Assembly (NCBI GenBank): GCA_964016885.1
Contig: OZ024740.1
Span: 150,350,001 to 150,414,000, forward strand
Reading direction: 5' to 3'
DNA: 64,000 nt
Origin: Eledone cirrhosa
Taxonomy: Eukaryota
The position numbers were made by a program, and so were the translations under genes. A model generated the notes under the pieces. It did not search any database, had not been told where the DNA came from, and saw only the letters and a list, made by a program, of their open reading frames with translations. Below, in pieces: positions 54,920-64,000 of this stretch (within the stretch, counting starts at the first letter, position 1; each line of letters opens with the position of its first letter).

Positions 54920-57900
54920 TCGTAAAAGGTTATCAGAAATAACAACACAATCGGTACAGTATATGGAAGGGATATATTAAGTTAGCGCTTGATATAGCAG
55001 GAAGAGGGTCTTAACGTTTCGAACGCTAGTCCTTCATCAGAAGAAAGAATGAGAAATAAGATAGATTGAGGGGACGGGCGGGTTGAAATTGGAAAAAAAA
55101 TGTCTTTAGATAAAAATAACAGGTCCATTCATGTTGACATCTCTTGTTGACATCACCAAAACTGTTGGTGCTGATATTTTGTGTATGATTTATTTTTTAG
55201 AAAAGTGGATGATGGAGCGCGTCTACCAGAAATGGAAAAGAAACCGTTTTGAAAAAAGAGCTATCCTTGTGCACGTGCGTAAGCATGTGTGTGTGTATAT
55301 GTGTGTGTTATTAAACGTCCGTACAAAGCTAAGAAGAAATGTGTGTGTATATGTGAGTAAAAGAGTGTGTGCATGTAAGTACGAAGCTACGAGGAAAAGT
55401 AATTAATATAAGGGTGTGTATGTGTGTATACAGAGCAGTGAAGGGATGAGTGAGCATATACAGTCGGTCTGTATTAGTTGTAAGAAAAGATGTTAATGAT
55501 CAAGAGAAAGCGATAGGAATCTAGGGGTGTGATAATGGACGGAGTATTAGAGAAATTGGGGAGGTGTGTTGAGTCCAAGAGGGGAATAGGACCCAAGGCG
55601 GTGAATCAGACTTTGTTAAGTCCTGGTGCGCGAGGCCTGTGAAACATGTAGGAAAGAATGACCAGGAGAACAGAAATGACGAGCGACAGGCGTATCCAAA
55701 CCGAGTCGTATGACCCTCAAATGCTCGGCAAAACGGTCCGCCGTACGGCGTCCCGTTTGTCCGATATATAAAGACCGCTAATGGAACACCAGAGGGCATA
55801 GACAACGTGGGTGGATGTGCAGGTGAAAGAGTGGCGGATATGGAAAGACACGTTAGGGCCTGTAAGAGTGGTGAGGGTGGAAATGAAGGGACAAGTGTTG
55901 CAGTGGGAATGGGAACAAGGATGAGAGCCGAGTGAAATCGTGGGAGAGGACGAGAAGGAACTGCGAACCAGGAGGTCGCGGAGGTTGCGGGCGCGCTTAA
56001 AAGCAGTAATGGGTGGGTTTGGAAAAAAGCGAGAAGTGACGGGGTCAGAGAGAGGATGGCGGAAGGAACGGAGGATATGTCGCCGGAGTGGTAGGGTGAT
56101 GGGGTGGTAGGTGATCAGGAAAGGAATGCGGGTAATTGGTGAGAGGGCTGTGGTGCGGTCTGTTTCACGGGCGCGGGTGAGAGCAGCTTGGATCACGCTG
56201 GATGAAGCAGGAAGTCATGCGAAGGGAATGGGTCTCGAAATCGTCGTCCTGGCTACAGAGCCGACGAAGACAGAGGAATTGGGAATAAGGTATAGAGTGT
56301 TTGGTGTAGGTTGGATGGGAGGAGGTGAAGTTGAGGTAAGATTGGGAATCTGTTGGTTTAATGAAGATGGAAGTAGAGAGGGTGTGGTGAGAGTGATTAA
56401 TAGATAGAGAGATATCTAGAAAAGTGACAGAAGAATCGGAGACAAAGGCTGTGAAATTGAGAACAGGATGGAAAGATAGGACAAAAGAAAGAAAGCAGTC
56501 GAGCTGTTCTCGTGATAGAGAGGTGGCGTCGATACAGTCGTCGATATAACGACTCTATAGCTCAGGAGTCGGTCCAGCGTACTGGGAGAAGATTTGGGCT
56601 TCGACATAGCCAACAAACAGGTTGGCATAGTTTGGACTCATTCTGGTTCCCATCGCTACCCCAGAAACTTGCTGATAAAATTCACCCCAAAAAGAAAAGC
56701 CATTGAGGGTGAGAACAAGCTCAGCCAGACGAAGAAGAGTGGTAGTGCTGGGGTAAAAGATAGGGCGTAAGTCTAAAAAATGTTGGAGAGCGCGGAGGCC
56801 GTCATCATCGGTGTAGAGCGAGGTGATGTCCAGGGTAAAGAAAAGGCGAGAGGGACCAGGAGGGAAGGAGAAGGAGTTGAAGAGTCTAAGGGCATGATTT
56901 GTATCGTGGATGTGGGACGGGAGATTGCCGACCAACGGGGCGCGGATGGTGTCTAAATATTCAGAAATTATCTCGGTGAGGCAGTTACACGCAGACACGA
57001 TAGGACGGCCGGGGTTATTTTGTTTATGTTCGTTGGATTTTCTAATTGGATTTTCACCCCGAAACTGGATACCAACCCGGAGTACTCCTGAACTTCTACC
57101 AGGAAATCTTTCGTATCTTTGACATTTTCTTTGCTTCTTGCATTTAAATATTCCACGACTCTCTACCACTTTTCCTCTACTACAATATTCTTACACCACC
57201 TTCTTCATCGCATCCGTCTATTTTTCACTCCCACCCTAGTACCTTCAATATGCCCAATCTCAAATCTTTTCTCCGCCAGCTCCATTCTACTCTCAAGCGC
57301 TTCCTCCAGCCTCTCCCCCCTATATGCATCCAATCCTCCCAGCATCTCTCCAACCTCCTCTTCACCAAAACAAAATACAACAGTCACATTACCTTTTTAA
57401 GACGCTGTCTCCACCACCACCTCATTCCCTGCGGTTTCCGCCTCAAGTTCCACTCACCTCTTACTCTGCTCCCACCATTGAGCCCATCCTTACCCGCTCC
57501 TCTCGCCAGCTCATGCGGGCGACCATTCGATCAACTCTCGCCCAAATCTGTTCTGTCGACCGAGATCTCCCCAAGGCCTACCTCCATCTCTCCTCCACTT
57601 GCCAATCTTTCCTCGTCCAATCCGTTATCTAATTCATCCTTTACCTCAATCGCCTCCTTTTCAATTTCCTCACTTCCATAACAAACCACAAACTCGACTC
57701 TCCGCTCTCCGCCTGCCGTCAACACCCATACTCATATCACCTCCAACCCTAACCCTTCTATCCCGTCACCTACCACCCCCTTTCCTCTTTTCACCCCTGA
57801 ATCTGCACACGCTTTGCCCAGCCACCTTAACCCTTCTGCCTCCGCCTCTTTCACTCCCTCACGTCCCTACACTGTAGTCACCATACCCCAGGACCTCCAC

Positions 57901-58470
57901 TCTCCAAAGCTGAGCGCTCCCTCCTCGCCTGTGGTTTGCGTTTTATACCAACCACATCTACCTGCGACGGGTTCCGCACACGTGCCGAGATTGAAGGTTT
58001 CTTCCGTCGATTAAAGCTGAAAGCTTTTTTTCACGATACGCCATCATCGACACAGACGGATGACTTCACTCGTCTCAGTCGCCAGCAATCACATTGAACG
58101 CCAAGCTCTGGCCAGTTCAGCTCCCTCGACTCCTTTGTCGATACTTGCCGGCGTACTGTGAATCGGTTCCGTTTCCACTAACATTCTCGTCTCTCTAACA
58201 CCACGTGGACTGAGCTCTCCGCTCTTCGCAAACTTCGGCGTCGCGATGACATTGTCATCAAATCTGCTGACAAAGGTGGCGCTGTGGTGGTTTGGAGCGC
58301 TGACCTCTATAGGGCTGAGGCTCTCCGCCAGCTTCACAATACCCTTTTTACCGCCCTTTATCCTCCGACCCCACTTCTGGCTACCAACAACTCATGTCCT
58401 CCATCATCCACGAGCTCATCTCCTCCTCTCTCCTACCCCCACAGCCACAAACCTTAGTGTACGCACCCCT
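54920..58470 (-). mobile_element. near-complete decayed Penelope-like element with inverted 5' half
   Basis: Minus 57028 to ~55520: HKQNNPGRPIVS, TLDITSLYT, GVAMGT, YIDD, GIY-YIG. Plus 57250-58470: N-terminal region including DIVIKSADKGGAVVVW. Confidence 0.85.
55009..55044 (-). ncRNA. minimal type I hammerhead at PLE 3' end
   Basis: TCTT-CTGATGA-A-GGA-CTAGCG-TTC-GAAA-CG-TT-AAGA. Confidence 0.75.
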
Positions 58471-58620
58471 ATAATTCCGTTTACTAAGAAATGAATTCTG
58501 GCGTTACCAACATTCGATGCGGTTATGTAACAGTAGCCAGCTTTGAACCATTCCAATAAAGTGAAACACGTGTCACGCGAATATACGAATAAAGATCCGC
58601 TAAACTGTAATTTTACTCTG

Positions 58621-58676
<56 letters not shown>

Positions 58677-58679
<3 letters not shown>

Positions 58680-58782
58680 AATATTAAAACAATGAAATTA
58701 AACACAAAACTGTTAATTCGTAGTAAAAAGTTTTACTATGAATTAACAGTTTTGTGTTTAATTTCATTGTTTTAATATTTCT
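58677..58782. repeat. 52-bp-arm hairpin
   Basis: 58677-58728 versus 58731-58782, one mismatch. Confidence 0.9.
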
Positions 58783-58918
58783 ATTTTGACTCTGTATCCA
58801 ATTGAATTATATCGTTGAAAATGTTTGTATTTTAAACTTTGCTTCATGACATCTTCTACATACGGATTACATTGAGTTCTTCATACGGTTTAGACCCTAC
58901 CATTGATTGGTAGATTTA

Positions 58919-59107
<189 letters not shown>

Positions 59108-60231
59108 AGGATAAAAAGCAAGTATGTGTATTGTGTTTTGTCTGTTTTGCTATAGATCTACGTACATATATCTATTGATGTTTACTTTGCTGCTAGAATA
59201 TGCACGCTTCGACTGCTTAACTTCAGTTATCATTTAACGAAAAATAACAAAATAAGATTTCCTGCTACATTCTGACGGGCGCCATGTTATAAATGGGATA
59301 TAGGATATATGTAATATGCTGCAATAATGGAGGATATCATCGGAACAGTGATAGTATTACATGTTGCAAGTTGTTTCAAAAGCCACGGATATTACAAAAC
59401 ATGCACATAGACATCGAACAATAAACGTTGCATGTCAACGCATTCAAACTGTGGTAAACCTATAGTATATACGTATACGTAAATGTATGACCTACGAGAA
59501 AGGTTTATTCATACAGAGGATAGCGTGTAAGTAAAAAACACATAATATATGCTCACATATGCACACGAACATACTCACACACACGAACACACGCAAATTC
59601 ATATGCATATAGAAAAGTCAATACAAAAGGAGACAGAGTCATAGATATCTACATGTGCCTTGTCGAAACAAATATATACGTGCTAGCATTTACAATAACC
59701 ATTCAGTAGTACGAAGAGTTTTTCCGTTGTGGTTTTAATTTTATTTAACTGGTAATTGTATTTTTTTGCGATGTTGTTTGGCTAGTATAGACCTGTTTTA
59801 CGTGGTTGGGTGGAATTGTGTAAGAAAAAAATTATTGTATTATGCCTCTAACACTGTGTGAAGTAAGATCCTCGTTGAAAGGTCTCTTATATGAAGGGTT
59901 TTTGTTATGGTTTCAATTTTAATTCATTTTATTTGGTTATTGTATTTTGTATCTTGTGTTTGGGCTAGATTAGGCTTGTAGCATTCTGTTCAACATTATC
60001 TTTACAGATCAGAGGTATTGCTTGAGTCTAAAGGTTACCTCCTCAATTCCATGCATGATTTTTTTTCCATCGCGCATCCAGTTATTCCAATTCATTTCCT
60101 ATATATATGTATTTATATATATTTATTTATTCAATTGAAGAAAGTTGGTTGATTGAAAATCTGCCGGCCGGCGAAAGGAATACCTCGTATGACCGGTAAC
60201 ATATCAATGGATATTTACATCTCGTTTGAAT

Positions 60232-60303
60232 TTTTGTCTGAAGAGAAAACGTAGGTTAGCTGTTATATAACTACCATACGTCATCGATATACATATGACA
60301 AAA
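60232..60303 (+). ncRNA. degenerate hammerhead motif
   Basis: TTTTGT-CTGAAGA-..ACGTA/TACGT..-GATA (for GAAA)-TACATA-TG-ACAAAA, then AATAAA. Confidence 0.45.
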
Positions 60304-60339
60304 TAAATAGGGATGGACAAATGAAACCGTCTTTCTTCT

Positions 60340-60408
<69 letters not shown>

Positions 60409-60577
60409 GGGTATGACATTAAACTACATCCAGTGGCAAGGCTCCAGTTCGGGAGTTCAGGAGATGTGGGGAATGTGGAGTTACCCCTTAGTTGTCATGA
60501 CTCCCAGGCCTGCCCTGGCCCGGGGTGGTAGTACCTGTTAGGGCTCCATTTATGGGTTAAATAACTACCTTATTCGA

Positions 60578-62365
60578 GTGGCGCCGGTAAGGTATTGTCA
60601 GCCATTGAAAAGAAATATGGAGAGTCGATCTAACAGCACTAGGGTTAGAGCCCCTAATTACACTGTCAAGGAGCAGCTTGGTCGTTATGACTCTGCTGGC
60701 TTAGAGCCACAGAGAGGGCCAGTGGATGATGGATCAGCTGTCTCTGAGACAAATATAAAGAATGCAGTTTTGTCCTGCAGAAGAGCCATCAAAATGGGCA
60801 CTTTGAATGTGAGGACTATTCGAACGCTGGAGAAGAGAGAGGAGTTGGGACATCTGTTTGAGGAGAGTGGTATACAGATACTTGCGATCCAAGAACACAG
60901 GATTCTACACGATGAGCCCGTGAGGAGTGTGATGATCGGGAGGAAGAGCCAGCTCATCACTACATCGGCAGTGAAGAACACAACAAATGCTGCAGTAGGA
61001 GGAGTGGGTTTTGTGTTCAGTGCAAAAACCAATCTGTTGGTGAGGGAAATAATGCCTATCTCCCCGCGAGTGTTGAGGGTGACCTTCAATGGAAACCCAA
61101 GACTGACAGTCATCTCAGCCTATAGTCCAACCGAGGGGGACAGTGATGTGAGTGCCGAGGAGTTCCATGAGGGGGTGTGTAGAGCTGTCAACACCACTCA
61201 GGCACACAATATACTGCTTGTTTTGGGGGACTTCAATGCACATCTGAGTAAGGAGGGCAGTGAAGATCCTTGCTGGTACTTCCATAACAACACCAACCGA
61301 AATGGAAGACTACTGAGAGACACCCTGCTGGAGGCGAACTTGATGGCGACCAACCTAAGGTTTAGGAAGAATCTGGGGAAGATGTGGACCTACATCTCAG
61401 ATATGCACCTGTCCAAGTCCCAGATTGATTTCATTCTGGTGAGGAAAAAGTGGCGGAATAGTGTTCTGAACACGGAACCATACAGCTATTTCAGTACACT
61501 GGGTAGTGACCACCGGCTTGTTATGAGTGAGGTCCGCGTGAGCTTAAGAAAGAGCAAGGCTCAGCCCCGGAGAACAATCTATGACTGGGGAGCTTTCAAG
61601 GAAGATGATAAGCTACAGGAGAGGTTCACAGTGGAAGTGAGAAACAGGTTTAGTGCTCTGTGTGGAGAGTCAGAGGAGAGAGAGATTGGATGGACTGAGG
61701 AGAGTGTGACGAGGAGGTACGGGCACTTCACCAATGCAGTGGCGAAAGCAAGTGAAACCCTGGTGCCGAGGAAAAAGAACAAAGGGAAGCACGTCAGCTT
61801 TGCAAACCCAAAAGTGTGTGCAGCCAGAGAACACCTGAAAGCTGCCAGGGACCAATTCTATGCTGATCCTACGGAGGAGAGGATGGAGACTGTGGAGGTG
61901 ATGAGGGAAGAGCTCTGTACCGCTTACACTGAGGTCAGAGAGGAGGCACTGATAGAGAAGATCAGAAGTGTGGAGAGAGCGGTTGACAGATCTGGATGTA
62001 AGGAGAGCTGGATGATCATCAACGAGATCACAGGGAGGAAGAAAAGGTGTTCGAGTCAGATCCAGGGAACGGTGCCCGAGGATAGGAAGAGGAAATGGCT
62101 AGACCATTTTAGGACCCTACTAGGAGAGCCACCCTCCACAGCCCGGAGCACTGGGGAGATCAGGCGGCTGTTTGAGGAACTGGATGTTGAGACAGAGCCC
62201 TTCACCAGAGAGGAGCTTCAGAGAGCCAAGAAGAAGATCAAGGAGGGCAAGGCTCATGGAGAAGATGGAGTGGCATCAGAGGTGATGAAGAGGTGTGATT
62301 TTGATGATATCATCCTGGGGTTCTGTAACGGGGCACTGGAGAAAGGAGTTGCCCCGAATCAGTGA
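60578..62365 (+). pseudogene. LINE ORF N-terminal part: APE endonuclease
   Basis: GTLNVRT, ILAIQEHR, ISAYSPT, VLGDFNAH, QIDFILV, SDHRLV; ends at a TGA in a position normally Trp. Confidence 0.9.
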
Positions 62366-62386
62366 AGGATCAGTAACATCGTCCCA

Positions 62387-63553
62387 GTGCCAAAGAAGGG
62401 AGATCTCTCTAACACCAACAACTACCGGGGGATCTCACTGACGTCACTTGTGGCGAAGACCTTCAACAGGATGATTCTTAACAGGATCCAGCCTGAGATG
62501 GAGAAGAAGCTCAGGGACAACCAGAACGGCTTCAGAGAGGGTAGATCAACCACCAGTCACATCCTGATGCTGAGGAGGATATTAGAGGGAGCTAGAGCAA
62601 AGTGCCTTCCTGCGGTCATGGTTTTCATTGACTTTAGGAGGGCCTTTGATTCTGTGGACCGTTACTGCCTGATGAAGATCTTACAGGCTTATGGAGTCCC
62701 CAAGAGGATAGTGGACCTGATATCACTGCTCTACACTAACACCAAAGCCCAAGTCATTACACCTGATGGGATGACAGAGTTCTTTGAGATACTGGCTGGA
62801 GTGCTCCAGGGAGATACATTGGCTCCCTACCTTTTTATCATCGTAGTGGACTATTGTATGCGCCTTGCACTGGAAAAACACCAGGACACTGGCTTTACTG
62901 TAGCACCGGCTCAGAGCAGGAGAGTTGGGGCGAAAAAGGTATCGGATGCTGAATTTGCCGACGACATAGTTTTGGTGACAGATACAGTGAAGGAGGCAGA
63001 GGATTTGATGCGGGAGGTTGAGACTGTGTCGATGAGTGTGGGGCTGAGAATGAATGAGACTAAAACAAAATATCTGGTAGAGAATGTTGAGAAGCCAGAG
63101 GGGATCACTAATGTAGGCGGGAAGCCGCTGGAATTGGTTGAGGACTTCCTGTATTTGGGAGCAAAGATTGGGAATACGGAAGATGATGTGGTTGAGAGGA
63201 AGAGCAAGGCCTGGGCGGCGTGTCACAGCTTGAGATCGGTGTGGAAGTCGGACCTTCGTAGAGACCTGAAAGTCCGCCTCTTCATTGCTGTAGTGGAGTC
63301 TGTGCTGCTGTATGGGTCTGAGACTTGGACACTGACCAAGAGACTCACTCAGATGGTGGATGGGTGCTACACGAGAATGCTGAGGATGGCTCTGAACATT
63401 AATCAGTATACACTGAGGATGAAAAACTCAGAGCTGTATGGGAGCATCCCAAAAGTCAGCTCAAAAGTGACACAGAGGAGACTGAGGTTGGCTGGACATG
63501 CTCACCGACATCCAGAGTTGACATTGCACTCAGTGCTCCTTTGGACACACTAG
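62387..63553 (+). pseudogene. LINE ORF C-terminal part: reverse transcriptase (same frame)
   Basis: PKKGD..NYRGISL, QNGFR, FIDFRRAFDSV, GVLQGDTLAPYLF, FADD, FLYLG, LLYGSETW. Confidence 0.92.
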
Positions 63554-63706
63554 AAGAGGAAGACCAAGGTTAACATATGTTGATGCCCTAAGGACAGACA
63601 CTGGTCTGTTGGAGATGCAGGACATGGCAGCGATAATGAGGGACAGAGACCGCTGGAGAGAACTCGTCCATGGATCTCTGGAATTTTACCCGCCTTAGAT
63701 AGATAG

Positions 63707-63755
<49 letters not shown>

Positions 63756-63766
63756 CATTGGGGTAA

Positions 63767-63987
63767 TTATTGGTTTCTCATTTAGGCACAGCGCCAACAA
63801 TTTGGGGGAAGGGGAAAGTCGATTAAATCGACCCCAGTGCATTACTGGTACTTTATTTTATCGACCCCGTAAGGATGAAAGGCAAAGACAACCTCGGCGG
63901 GATTTGAACTCAGAACTTAAAGGGCCATAACTCTATGTTGCAAAGCATGGTGTCTGACGCTCTACCGATACTGCCAATCCACAGCCC
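63767..63987 (-). mobile_element. tRNA-derived SINE with 13-bp TSD
   Basis: TACATTGGGGTAA at 63754-63766 and 63988-64000. Confidence 0.9.
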
Positions 63988-64000
63988 TACATTGGGGTAA

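Larger units (their letters stand above)
60404..63708 (+). mobile_element. full-length RTE-clade (RTE/RTEX-like) LINE
   Basis: 5' UTR, APE + RT ORF, (TAGA)n tail; inserted in (TA)n. Confidence 0.9.

Noticed and set aside
58563-58595. GAAA-CACGTG-TC followed by AATAAA
   Set aside because: Looks like the 3' half of a PLE HHR, but the 5' core is absent.
60147-60195. TTGAAAA-TCT-GCC/GGC-GAAA-GG..CC-TC motif
   Set aside because: Stem I does not pair next to the core; too weak to call.

Overview
Repeat-dominated eukaryotic genomic DNA, probably octopus/cephalopod (inferred from the recurrent tRNA-derived SINE and the (TA)n/(CA)n seas; not verified). I can support no host protein-coding gene. Protein-coding mobile content: a decayed Helitron (HUH-Y2 Rep + Pif1 helicase) with two non-autonomous relatives, a nearly intact RTE-clade LINE plus an inverted fragment of it, an internally deleted Tc1/mariner, and at least seven Penelope-like element (PLE) pieces (RT, GIY-YIG). 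There are also many SINEs, two MITEs and two GT-rich minisatellites. The signal the ORF track misses is RNA-level. By eye I find more than a dozen hammerhead-ribozyme (HHR) motifs from several unrelated small element families, mostly embedded in (TA)n tracts and often in fold-back inverted repeats. Two observations stand out. (1) Two sequence-divergent loci (6993-7113 and 46401-46509) contain all HHR core elements in a non-circularly permuted, pseudoknotted order with covarying stems. (2) A 7.9-copy, apparently identical 615-bp tandem array (25051-29917) carries a variant type I HHR in every unit, a retrozyme-like architecture. All RNA structures were paired by hand; none was computed or tested.
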